From a bacterium (GTDB lineage: Bacteria; Patescibacteriota; Saccharimonadia; Saccharimonadales; SZUA-47), in NCBI GenBank assembly GCA_043759925.1, contig JAYUPU010000044.1, forward strand, positions 1 to 30,149: DNA of 30,149 nt. Direction: 5' to 3'. Position 1 is the stretch's first letter; the number at the start of each line of letters is the position of its first letter. A model generated the notes under the pieces. The model saw nothing but the letters and a program-made list of their open reading frames with translations, made no database searches and was not told the DNA's origin. Made by a program: the position numbers and the translations under genes. Positions 15,648 through 25,195 of this stretch are shown here, piece after piece.

Positions 15648-16976
15648 TTAGCCGTTTATCAAATCAATGACTAGAGCAGCCGTCCAGCTAAAGTTTTTGG
15701 CGCCTGCTGGAGCGCCTGTTTTGGCTGAAAAATATTCATATGGCCCATTTGCAGTAACTAGCTCGATTGTTTTATGGGCAATACTTTGGGCAAGATCTGC
15801 CTGGCCGGTGCGCATTAAACCATCAATAACAAGCCAGTTAGTGTTTACCCAGGTGGGGCCCTGCCAATATTTAAGTTCGTTATACCAACTATAGCTAACA
15901 GGTACGCTAGGAAACGGGAAGTTAGTCCCAAAATTATCTGGGCTTTTTATAAGCCTTAGCAAACTAGCTTGCTGGGCTTCGTCGGCAACTCCTGCATACA
16001 GCGGCATTAGCGTGGCTATGCTGGGTTCTTTAATAAGTTTATGGGTTACAAAATTACGGCTATAAAATTGGCCGCTGTAAGCATCCCATAACTTTTCGGT
16101 TACTGCGTGCTTGCCAAGCTTGGCACGGTCGTTTAGTAAATCTGGCACATCATGCCCAATAGTTTTGGCAATGCTGCGCAAATGGTCATGTGCCCGTAGC
16201 AAAATACAGTTAAAAGTTAAATCTTGCACCACAAAGTGGCTGCGGGTAAGAATGGCATCAATATCCCAATTTTTACGCTTTAAGCGCCGCACAACATCGT
16301 AATATAACAAAGCCTCTATGTTACTGATGCGTTGGCCTGGTGGTATACGTGATGTATCGCGCCTAAATACGTTCACAAGCCTATCGGCGCTGGTTTTTTT
16401 AACTATACCTACCCACCAAGGCGTATGGTGTTGTTGTAGCTGATTCATCCAGGGCGGGGTGTTGTCTAGGCCGCATTCCCAAGGGTGTATTAGCAGCACT
16501 AAGCCTTCTTCGTGGGGGTCACGTTCGCGGTATAACCACTCGTGATAAGCAACTAATGCTGGGTACACTGTTTGGTACCACTGGCGCCTTTCAACTTTAG
16601 GTAGTTTTTTGCCAATGCTTACAATAGCTTCGGCCAGCATTGGCGGCTGGGTTATGCCACTAGTTGCAATACCATCTGGCGCGAATGGGCTTCGCCAACT
16701 CTGCCACATATTACGGTCACGCTTGTGTTGATCGCCGTCAGCAAAAATCATGTTAGGTATCATGCCGTTTGCCCATTGGCCGCGCAGTAAACTTAAGATT
16801 TCTTTTTTTGCGCGTTCTACATCGTATTGGGCTAAGCCAATAGCAACAAAACAGCTATCCCACAGCCATTGGTGCGGGTACAGGCCTTCGGCGGGCACCG
16901 TGTAGTCGCCGCGCTGGTTATCAGAAAGCACTTTTTTGCAGGCGTCTATTACTGATTGCTTTTCTGCATGTTCCAT
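15648..16976 (-). CDS. GH63/MGH1-like glycoside hydrolase (glucosyl/mannosylglycerate hydrolase-like)
   Basis: YPHQWLWDS, GITQPP, HPWECGLDNTP, YWQGPTWVN, EYF and FSWTAA motifs of the (alpha/alpha)6 family. Confidence 0.85.
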   Translation of the reverse strand: MEHAEKQSVIDACKKVLSDNQRGDYTVPAEGLYPHQWLWDSCFVAIGLAQYDVERAKKEILSLLRGQWANGMIPNMIFADGDQHKRDRNMWQSWRSPFAPDGIATSGITQPPMLAEAIVSIGKKLPKVERRQWYQTVYPALVAYHEWLYRERDPHEEGLVLLIHPWECGLDNTPPWMNQLQQHHTPWWVGIVKKTSADRLVNVFRRDTSRIPPGQRISNIEALLYYDVVRRLKRKNWDIDAILTRSHFVVQDLTFNCILLRAHDHLRSIAKTIGHDVPDLLNDRAKLGKHAVTEKLWDAYSGQFYSRNFVTHKLIKEPSIATLMPLYAGVADEAQQASLLRLIKSPDNFGTNFPFPSVPVSYSWYNELKYWQGPTWVNTNWLVIDGLMRTGQADLAQSIAHKTIELVTANGPYEYFSAKTGAPAGAKNFSWTAALVIDLING

Positions 16977-17009
16977 TTAAGCTTAAGTATAGCAAGTATA
17001 AGATATATT

Positions 17010-17507
17010 TTATCTAAAATTGGTGAAATTTAGGGCAAAGTCAAAATCTGTATTTTGGAGTAGATGCATGGCGGCTTGTAGCTCGTCTTTTTTGGCACTG
17101 CTTATTCGAACTTCTTGACCCTGGATCTGAGTTTTAACCTTGGGCAGCTGATCACGCATTAGAGTAGTAATTTTTTTAGCCTTTGTTTGGTCTAATCCCT
17201 GTAAAAATGGCACTTCTTTGGTGGTCTGAAAATTATTGGTATGTGTTTGTGCCGAAGTATCTAGTACTTTTTGGCTAATGCTGCGTGCTGCCAGCTTTTT
17301 ACGTACAATATCTATAATGCTATCTATTTGCATGTCGCTGTTGCCAGTAATTTTTAGGCCTGTTTTGTCGCCTAGCCATTCTAGCTTTGCGGGTGTACCT
17401 TTAAAGTCATAGCGGTTATCGATTTCGCGTCCCGATTGGTCGAAGGCGTTGTTCATTTCGGCCTTGTCAAAATCTGATGCAACGTCAAAACTGTATGTAT
17501 CTGCCAT
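17010..17507 (-). CDS. yajQ: YajQ-family nucleotide/c-di-GMP-binding protein
   Basis: SFDVAS, NRYDFKG, KVKTQIQG..VRISSAKKDELQ and FTNFR end. Confidence 0.93.
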   Translation of the reverse strand: MADTYSFDVASDFDKAEMNNAFDQSGREIDNRYDFKGTPAKLEWLGDKTGLKITGNSDMQIDSIIDIVRKKLAARSISQKVLDTSAQTHTNNFQTTKEVPFLQGLDQTKAKKITTLMRDQLPKVKTQIQGQEVRISSAKKDELQAAMHLLQNTDFDFALNFTNFR

Positions 17508-17576
17508 GTGTTTAGTGTAACAGGCTAATAAACAAAGGTACCAAAAAAGCCATTTTTAGCGTACAATTTTAGCTAT

Positions 17577-18599
17577 ATGGGATACACAAACGAACAGATT
17601 CAAAACGTGTCAGATACGCTTATGCCAAAAGCACAGCAGGGAGACAATGCCGTACTGCGTAGCGCCGAGCTAAAATCGTTGTTTGATCAACTTAAAACCT
17701 TACCTGCAGAACAAAAGTCAGATTTTGGTCAACAGGTAAATCAACTACGCGTAGCCTTGCAACAGGCGTTAGATTCAAAAGCAGCACCCAAAGACGAGCG
17801 TGCAGCCATAGATGTGACAGCGCCGTGGGACGTAAACTTAAATGCCAGCCAGCGCCCGGCACTATTTAGCGCTGATAAGGGTACTGCACACCCGATTATG
17901 ACCGAGATTGACAATATATTAGATATTTATTACCGCATGGGTTTCACCGCTATAGAATCCCGCCAAATCGACGATGATTACCATATGTTTGGATCGTTGA
18001 ACTTCCCGGACGGCCACCCAGCCCGCGACGATTACGATACGTTTATGACAGACGAAGGTTACATTGCACCTGCGCACACTAGTACTATGCAAAACCGAGT
18101 TTTAAAACAGTATAGTGAAAACCTTGCTAAAGGCGAGCCAATCGCTGTTGTCATACCTGGGCGCGTTTTTAGAAACGAAGATATAGATGTAACCCACGAG
18201 CATACTTTTTATCAGCTTGAAGGAGTTTACGTTGGTAAAGGTATAAATGTAGGTAACTTAGTTGCTGTTCTAAAAACATTTATGAGCGAATATTTTGGGC
18301 AAGAACTAAAAGCTAAAATTCAGCCATTTTATTTTCCGTTTACTGAACCAAGTTTTGAATTTGCGATAGAACGCCCAGAGGTTTTGCGCAAAGGCAATAC
18401 CGAAGCCGACATGTGGCTAGAACTTTTAGGCTGCGGAATGATTCACCCAAATGTACTTAAGGCTGCCGGCATAGACAGCAATATATACACAGGTTTTGCC
18501 TGGGGCGGCGGCATTGAAAGGTTAGTATTAATGAAGTACGGCATCGAAGATATAAGGCATTTTGAAGCAGGAAAATTAGAATTTTTGAGGCAATTTTAA
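17577..18599 (+). CDS. pheS: phenylalanine--tRNA ligase alpha subunit
   Basis: HPI, FGSLNFPDGHPARD, HTS, PGRVFRNE, HTFYQLEG, FPFTEPSFE, LGCGMIHP, GFAWG.GIERL. Confidence 0.97.
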   Translation: MGYTNEQIQNVSDTLMPKAQQGDNAVLRSAELKSLFDQLKTLPAEQKSDFGQQVNQLRVALQQALDSKAAPKDERAAIDVTAPWDVNLNASQRPALFSADKGTAHPIMTEIDNILDIYYRMGFTAIESRQIDDDYHMFGSLNFPDGHPARDDYDTFMTDEGYIAPAHTSTMQNRVLKQYSENLAKGEPIAVVIPGRVFRNEDIDVTHEHTFYQLEGVYVGKGINVGNLVAVLKTFMSEYFGQELKAKIQPFYFPFTEPSFEFAIERPEVLRKGNTEADMWLELLGCGMIHPNVLKAAGIDSNIYTGFAWGGGIERLVLMKYGIEDIRHFEAGKLEFLRQF

Positions 18600-21517
18600 T
18601 GAAAGTATCACTAAACTGGGCACAAAGTGTTAGCAATGTTGACCTAAAATCTATCCCTAAAGACGAGCTATTACAAAAAATAGGTGCACAGCTATGTGCA
18701 ATTGAAGAAGTGATTGAATGGGGTCCACGCTACAACGGCATAGTAGTTGTAAAAGTTATAAGCTGCGACCCACATCCTAATGCCGACAAATTACATATAT
18801 GCCGAATTGATGACGGCCGTGTGGTTGAGGGCATGGAGCGGGATGACGACGGTTATGTTCAGGTTGTATGCGGTGCTCCAAACGTGCATGCTGGTATGTT
18901 GGCCGTTTGGTTGCCGCCTAAAACCACCGTGCCTTCCAGTTTAGATAAAGATCCGCTTGTATTGGGTGCCCGTGAATTACGCGGAGTTGTAAGTAACGGT
19001 ATGCTAGCCAGTCCTGCAGAACTGGGAATTAGTGATGATGCAGGTGGTATTTTAGAAGTAATTGCTGCAGATGTCGGCGAAGAACTGGCCAAGCCTGGCA
19101 CGCCTTTTAAGCAGCTTTATGGCATGGACGATTTGGTTATTGACTGCGAAAATAAGATGTTTACGCACCGCCCAGATTGTTTTGGTATTTTAGGTATCGC
19201 CCGTGAGCTAGCAGGTATAACAGGCCAAAAGTTTAAAAGCCCAGATTGGTATTTGCAAGACCCCGTTTTCAAGAACAGCTCTGATTTGCCACTAAACATA
19301 AAAGTATCGTCAGATCTGGTTCAGCGCTTTATGGCTGTAGCAATGGACAATATGCGTATAGAGCCAAGCCCAATGCATATACAGACTGCTCTTACTAGGG
19401 TAGGTATCCGCCCAATTAATAACGTAGTAGATATAACCAATTGGCTAATGCATCTTACCGGGCAACCGCTGCATGCATATGATTACGACAAACTTAAAGC
19501 GCTAAGTGGTGACACGCCTACTTTAGAAGCACGCCTAGCCGTAAAAGATGAATCAGTGAAAATACTTAGCGGCAAACTGGTAGCGTTGCATGACAAAACC
19601 ATCGTGATTGCATCCGACAAACAGCCAGTTGCTATTGCCGGTGTTATGGGTGGTTTAGATACTGAAGTTGATGCAAATACAAAATCGATTGTTATTGAAG
19701 TTGCTAGTTTTGATATGTACAGCGTGCGCCGTGCAAGTATGCGTTACGGTATTTTTACAGATGCTGTAACACGTTTCAACAAGGGCCAAAGCCCACTGCA
19801 AAATGACCGCGTGATGGCTAAAGCAATACAAATGATGCATGATTTAGCTGGTGCAACCCAGGCAAGTAATGTATTTGATATTAAATCCAAAGATGTAGGG
19901 CAAATGCCCTTAGTAGAAGCCAAAATCGATTTTATCAATACTAGGCTTGGCAGCCAGCTTACTACCGATCAGGCTATTGCCCTAATGGCGAATGTAGAAT
20001 GCGGCCTTGTTGTTGGCCGGGCCCAAGAAACACGCAGTTACTTGCAGGGTGTTGGTAATATAGACGAAAAAATTGAACGCATTGGTGTAAAAATAGTCGA
20101 AAAATCAAGTGATGGGCACTACAAACTTCTAATACCAGAAGGAACAGAACAGGATTATGAAAAGCTGGTAGCCTGGGAGATTAAACCAGGTTTCTGGTGC
20201 GAATATATTGGTGCAAAAAACGCATTTTTATTTAAAGATAGGGACACAAAAGTAACTCGTTACGATGTAAACAACGATACCGAACATGAAATAGTAGAAA
20301 TGTGCAGAGCCTTTAGTAACGATTATTTTACAAGCCTTGATTCACTACTAATGCTAAACAGTTGGTACAAGCCACTGTTGCCACTTAAAAAATCAGATCA
20401 CAACGTAGAACAAATAGATGATACTACCATAGCTATAACTCCCCCTTTTTGGCGCCGCGATCTTGAACACCCCGAAGATTTAGTAGAAGAAATTGGGCGC
20501 TTATATGGCTTTGATAAGTTGCCAATTAACTTACCAACCCGCTCTGCAAAACCAACTCCTAAAAATGCACATATGCAACTATTAGCGCAAATGCGAACTG
20601 CACTTAAAGCTGCTGGTGCCAATGAACTTCTAACCTACAGTTTTGTACACGAACGTTTGCTATACGCAGTTGGACAAAACAAAGATTTGGCATTCCACGT
20701 TCGTAATGCCCTTAGCCCTGATTTGCAGTATTACCGCATGAGCCTTACGCCTAGTTTACTAGAAAAGGTACATCCAAATATTAAAGCTGGTTTTGATAGC
20801 TTTGCTATGTATGAATTTGGCAGAGCACACAATAAAGTACACCCGGTTGAGACGGGCGAAGTACCAGAAGAATATAACATGCTAGCTTTTGTTATTGCCG
20901 GCGCCAAACAACCAAAGCAAACAAGCGCTTACTATACAGCCAAAACATACCTAGATTACTTAGGTAAATCATTAGGCCTACAGTTTGTTTACACGCCAGT
21001 TACAGATATGCCAGATTTTCCGGTTACAAAACCGTTTGACCAAAACCGTAGTGCCTTTGTTACTATTGCTAATACTAAAAAAATGCTAGGCATTATGGGT
21101 GAATACCGCTACGAGGTACTGCAGTCATTAAAATTGCCACTTTTTAGCGCTGGTTTCGAGATTAGTACAAAAGACATATTAGAAGCCGCAGCAGAAAGCA
21201 AAAAAAAGTACGTTGCTGTAAATAAGTTCCCGTCTACTAACCAAGACATTACGCTGCAGGTACCAATGCGCGTAACGCATAGTATGCTGACTGAAACTAT
21301 AAATAAGGTTGTAGCGCTTTTGCAGCAAGAACATGGTTATATGGTTAAAGTTACACCGGGTGACATATTTGTACCCCAAGATTCCGATAAGCAGCGCGTA
21401 AGCTACACAGTTACTCTGTCGCACCCATCTAAAACGCTTACTACAGACGAAGTTAATAAAGCCCTAGATTTAATATCGCGACACGCTGTAACCGACCACT
21501 CAGCCGAGAGGATATAG
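18599..21517 (+). CDS. pheT: phenylalanine--tRNA ligase beta subunit with a ~133-aa insertion in the B5 domain
   Basis: HPNADKL, VVCGAPN, SNGML, THRPDCFG, INNVVDITN, PFWRRD..PEDLVEEIGR and FDX-ACB C-terminus. TAATG overlap with pheS. Confidence 0.96.
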   Translation: MKVSLNWAQSVSNVDLKSIPKDELLQKIGAQLCAIEEVIEWGPRYNGIVVVKVISCDPHPNADKLHICRIDDGRVVEGMERDDDGYVQVVCGAPNVHAGMLAVWLPPKTTVPSSLDKDPLVLGARELRGVVSNGMLASPAELGISDDAGGILEVIAADVGEELAKPGTPFKQLYGMDDLVIDCENKMFTHRPDCFGILGIARELAGITGQKFKSPDWYLQDPVFKNSSDLPLNIKVSSDLVQRFMAVAMDNMRIEPSPMHIQTALTRVGIRPINNVVDITNWLMHLTGQPLHAYDYDKLKALSGDTPTLEARLAVKDESVKILSGKLVALHDKTIVIASDKQPVAIAGVMGGLDTEVDANTKSIVIEVASFDMYSVRRASMRYGIFTDAVTRFNKGQSPLQNDRVMAKAIQMMHDLAGATQASNVFDIKSKDVGQMPLVEAKIDFINTRLGSQLTTDQAIALMANVECGLVVGRAQETRSYLQGVGNIDEKIERIGVKIVEKSSDGHYKLLIPEGTEQDYEKLVAWEIKPGFWCEYIGAKNAFLFKDRDTKVTRYDVNNDTEHEIVEMCRAFSNDYFTSLDSLLMLNSWYKPLLPLKKSDHNVEQIDDTTIAITPPFWRRDLEHPEDLVEEIGRLYGFDKLPINLPTRSAKPTPKNAHMQLLAQMRTALKAAGANELLTYSFVHERLLYAVGQNKDLAFHVRNALSPDLQYYRMSLTPSLLEKVHPNIKAGFDSFAMYEFGRAHNKVHPVETGEVPEEYNMLAFVIAGAKQPKQTSAYYTAKTYLDYLGKSLGLQFVYTPVTDMPDFPVTKPFDQNRSAFVTIANTKKMLGIMGEYRYEVLQSLKLPLFSAGFEISTKDILEAAAESKKKYVAVNKFPSTNQDITLQVPMRVTHSMLTETINKVVALLQQEHGYMVKVTPGDIFVPQDSDKQRVSYTVTLSHPSKTLTTDEVNKALDLISRHAVTDHSAERI

Positions 21518-21527
21518 TATTACGCGC

Positions 21528-23291
21528 GTGCTAAAACATACAATGCAGCTAGTTGTTGCCGTATTAGTAGTAGGTTTTTTAAGATTAGGGGTTGTGTATG
21601 CCGGCGTTAACGATTTTGTTATTAACAACTTCGACGCCAAGTATACGCTAAGTAATGTTGATATGCAGGGTAGCCTTACAGTAACCGAGACTATAGATAT
21701 TACATTCAGCGATAACAACCATGGTATTTTTAGGGCAATCCCAAACAGCTATAAAGATAACTCGCTTGATATTCGTAATATTACTGTTAGTAGCCAAACA
21801 GGGGCGCCACCGCAATTTACACAGAGCACATCAAACGACAACATAGTACTTAAAATTGGCGACCCAAACCGTATGGTCACTGGCAAGCAAAACTACACTA
21901 TCAGCTACACGCTTAGCAATGTAATAGCTTTTTATGATAATTATGACGAGTTTTACTGGGATATAAATGGTACCGAATGGTTGCAGCAGGCAGAAAAAGT
22001 AAGCATGACACTTACATATCCAGAAGGCGCAAAAGTGTCGTCTACAAATATCCCAGTATGTTTTACAGGTGCATACGGCGGTACCGAAAAATATTGCTCA
22101 ATTAGTTTAGACAGCCCCGGCCTTGTTACTGCCAAAACAACAGCACGCTTAAGCGCAGGCCAAACCATGTCGGTAGTTGTAGGGTTTGAAAAAGGTTATT
22201 TTACACCAGTATCCGCCAAAGAAAAGTTGGCCAACCTAAGTTTAATACTTGCTGAAACATTCGGAATACCACTAGTTCTTGGAACGTTTGCATTTAGGCG
22301 TTGGCGTACACACGGCCGCGACCCTAAGGGCGGGGGTATCATAGTTGCGCAGTACGACTCCCCCAAAGATTTGTTGGCTGCAGAGGTTGGAGCAATAGTT
22401 GATTTTAAAGTAGACCAAAAAGATATTACAGCTACAATTGTAGACCTAGCTATAAAGGGATACATAACTATAATAGAAAAAACCGTAGACAGAAAAATTT
22501 TTAAAGATACAACAAACTACAGTTTTGAGCTTAAAAAGCTAGATACAGGCCAACTACAACAATACGAAAAAACCTTGCTAGAAGGCCTATTTAAAGATAC
22601 TAATTTAGCTATTGGCAGCATTGTAGAACTAACAAGTTTGAAAAGCGATTATTACACAACTATAGATTCGGCAAAAGAAACTTTAAAACATAGGCTAATA
22701 GCAGATGGTTATTTTAAGGGCGACCCAGCAAAGGCTGGCTTGATATTGTGGATTATTGTAGGTATATCGTTTGCTTTGCTAATAATTCTTGCTGCAACGT
22801 TAGGCGTAGGCATTGTGCTTGGGCTGATCGTATCGTTGCCTATTGTAGCTGCCTTTGCATTTGCTATGCCTGCCCGCACACTTGCTGGCGTGCAAGCTAA
22901 AGAACATGCCCTAGGACTAAAACTTTATTTGCAGGTCGTAGAAAAAGACCGCATCGTAGCAATGCAAAGCCCTAACGCACCTTTAGCTGCTAATGCCAAT
23001 CAACCTGTGCGCACAGTAGAATTGTTCGAAAAATTATTGCCTTATGCTATTGTGTTCGGCGTAGAAAAGCAGTGGGCAGATGAGTTCAAAGACATTTATA
23101 AGCAACCCCCGGGTTGGTACGGCGGCAACCTAAATACGTTCAGCACAATTTACTTAGCAAGCGTAATCGGCGGGGCCTTAAGCACAGGCATGGCTACGGC
23201 ATTCGCCGCGCCCTCAAGTTCTGGCAGTAGCGGCTTTGGCGGCGGCTTTAGTGGCGGCGGCGGAGGCGGCGGAGGGGGCGGCGGCTGGTAA
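21528..23291 (+). CDS. DUF2207 (YciQ-like) membrane protein
   Basis: HGIFRAIP, EFYWDING, ATIVDLAIKG, LLPYAIVFGVEKQW and the GGGFSGGGGGGGGGGGW tail. Confidence 0.92.
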   Translation: MLKHTMQLVVAVLVVGFLRLGVVYAGVNDFVINNFDAKYTLSNVDMQGSLTVTETIDITFSDNNHGIFRAIPNSYKDNSLDIRNITVSSQTGAPPQFTQSTSNDNIVLKIGDPNRMVTGKQNYTISYTLSNVIAFYDNYDEFYWDINGTEWLQQAEKVSMTLTYPEGAKVSSTNIPVCFTGAYGGTEKYCSISLDSPGLVTAKTTARLSAGQTMSVVVGFEKGYFTPVSAKEKLANLSLILAETFGIPLVLGTFAFRRWRTHGRDPKGGGIIVAQYDSPKDLLAAEVGAIVDFKVDQKDITATIVDLAIKGYITIIEKTVDRKIFKDTTNYSFELKKLDTGQLQQYEKTLLEGLFKDTNLAIGSIVELTSLKSDYYTTIDSAKETLKHRLIADGYFKGDPAKAGLILWIIVGISFALLIILAATLGVGIVLGLIVSLPIVAAFAFAMPARTLAGVQAKEHALGLKLYLQVVEKDRIVAMQSPNAPLAANANQPVRTVELFEKLLPYAIVFGVEKQWADEFKDIYKQPPGWYGGNLNTFSTIYLASVIGGALSTGMATAFAAPSSSGSSGFGGGFSGGGGGGGGGGGW

Positions 23292-23350
23292 AAATACCGT
23301 TTTGTAGCGTTGTCGATGTGTAACTTCGCATGCTAAGCTTTAAGTAATAC

Positions 23351-25123
23351 ATGCAGCATATAATTCGTATACTAAAAACAGGCCACGAGCTGTGGCGTAG
23401 TTACCTAGCCATCGCCCTTCTTACGACGCTACTATCTTTTAGTACAATTTTAGTACCACTGCTAAGTGGTTTGGCTATCGACGAGATGCGAAAGGGCACC
23501 GGAGCTAATATTAAATATGCTGTTTTTTTGGCTATAGGTATATTTTTACTAGATTTAATGCAAACCGTAATTAGTAACATTAACGGCTACATAGGCGACC
23601 AAGTTTCTGCAAAACTACAAAATATATTAAGTAAAAATTATTATATCCACTTGCTTTCATTGCCACAAACATACTTCGATAATGAACTCTCAGGTAAAAT
23701 AATTAATCGTCTTAACAGATCAATTACACAGCTCACAAACTTCATAAATATGATGAGCAATAACTTTTTGCAATTCATTTTTAGTACTGTATTTAGCCTT
23801 ATAATCGTTGCCTTTTATAGCTGGCAAGTAGCGTTAATGTTGTTTACTTTGTACCCAATTTTCACCTGGATGACTATTAAAAGCAGCAGCAAGTGGCAAG
23901 TTTGGCAAAAGCAAAAAAATGAACAACTTGATATTGCGAGCGGCCGTTTTGCTGAATCTATATCCCAAGTTAAAGTTGTAAAAAGTTTTAGGCAAGAAAA
24001 ACGTGAACTTAGTTATTTTAATAAACATATGAGTAATGTAGTTGGAATTAATAAACCACAATCTGCATATTGGCACATACAAGACGTACGCCGCCGCTTA
24101 ATACTTAATGTGATATTTTTTGGCGTGTACTTGTTTATTTTTGTTCAAGGTGCCAAGGGTGCATTTACACCGGGACAAGCAGTCGCTTTAATCTTATATG
24201 CCATGAATATTCGAATACCAATATTTACTATTAGCTTTTTAGTAGAAAACACACAGAAGGCTGTTTCCGATAGCCGTGATTACTTTGAGGTTATGAGTAT
24301 AAAGCCAGATATACAGGATTCTGCAGATGCTAAAGAACTAAAAGTAAAAGACGGATCTATACAGTTTAATAATGTTACGTTTGGTTATGATAAAAACCGC
24401 GTGGTAATTAAAGATGTCTCTTTTGTTATTAAGCCTAATACTAAAGTTGCACTTGTTGGCGAATCAGGTGAGGGTAAAACTACTCTTACTAATCTTATGC
24501 TAAGGTTTTACGAGCCCCAAAACGGAACTATATCGATAGACGACCAAGATGTAGCAAGAGTAACCCAGGCTAGTTTGCGCCATAATGTAGGTGTGGTTTT
24601 TCAGGAACCAGCTTTGTTTAGTGGTTCAATCCGCGAAAATATTGCCTATTCTAAACACCAAGCAACTGATTCAGAAGTTATGGCAGCTGCAAAATCTGCT
24701 AACGCACACGAATTTATTGAAAAGTTAGAAAACGGCTACGATACCCAAATTGGCGAGCGTGGACTTAAGCTTAGCGGTGGCCAAAAGCAGCGTATAGCCA
24801 TTGCTAGGGCGTTGCTTAAAGATGCGCCTATTTTAGTATTAGACGAGGCTACAAGTAGCCTAGATAGCAAAAGTGAATCGATGGTACAACAAGCCCTTGA
24901 GACACTCATGAAAAACCGTACAACAATAATTATTGCCCACCGTTTAAGTACAATTGCTAATGTTGACCAAATAGTAACATTGCGCGGTGGGTCGGTAGAC
25001 GAAGTTGGTTCGCCGGCACAACTAGAAAAATCTGGCGGCATATATGCTCAGCTTCTTAAACTACAAAACAGCAAAACGGATAGTAATAAAAAGAAATTAC
25101 AAAAGTACGATATAGATTCTTAA
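23351..25123 (+). CDS. ABC exporter, fused permease/ATPase (MsbA/MdlB-like)
   Basis: Six-TM N-terminal domain, Walker A GESGEGKT, LSGGQKQR signature, ILVLDEATS, IAHRLST. Confidence 0.95.
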   Translation: MQHIIRILKTGHELWRSYLAIALLTTLLSFSTILVPLLSGLAIDEMRKGTGANIKYAVFLAIGIFLLDLMQTVISNINGYIGDQVSAKLQNILSKNYYIHLLSLPQTYFDNELSGKIINRLNRSITQLTNFINMMSNNFLQFIFSTVFSLIIVAFYSWQVALMLFTLYPIFTWMTIKSSSKWQVWQKQKNEQLDIASGRFAESISQVKVVKSFRQEKRELSYFNKHMSNVVGINKPQSAYWHIQDVRRRLILNVIFFGVYLFIFVQGAKGAFTPGQAVALILYAMNIRIPIFTISFLVENTQKAVSDSRDYFEVMSIKPDIQDSADAKELKVKDGSIQFNNVTFGYDKNRVVIKDVSFVIKPNTKVALVGESGEGKTTLTNLMLRFYEPQNGTISIDDQDVARVTQASLRHNVGVVFQEPALFSGSIRENIAYSKHQATDSEVMAAAKSANAHEFIEKLENGYDTQIGERGLKLSGGQKQRIAIARALLKDAPILVLDEATSSLDSKSESMVQQALETLMKNRTTIIIAHRLSTIANVDQIVTLRGGSVDEVGSPAQLEKSGGIYAQLLKLQNSKTDSNKKKLQKYDIDS

Positions 25124-25195
25124 AGAAGAACCTTTTGCGCAAGTTTGGTATACTAAAATTAAGATTAACGGGTGGCTTTAAGCAGGTACAATATT

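Noticed and set aside
17508-17576. T-box or pheM-like attenuator upstream of pheS
   Set aside because: Only 69 bp, occupied by back-to-back yajQ and pheS promoter elements.
20000-20404. Intein reading of the PheT insert (begins with Cys, ends His-Asn, mini-intein size)
   Set aside because: The +1 residue is Val rather than Cys/Ser/Thr, and I see no block A, block B TxxH or block F pattern. A Hint-domain HMM search would settle it.
23239-23288. GGC-rich tandem repeat
   Set aside because: It encodes the standard poly-Gly tail of DUF2207 proteins.
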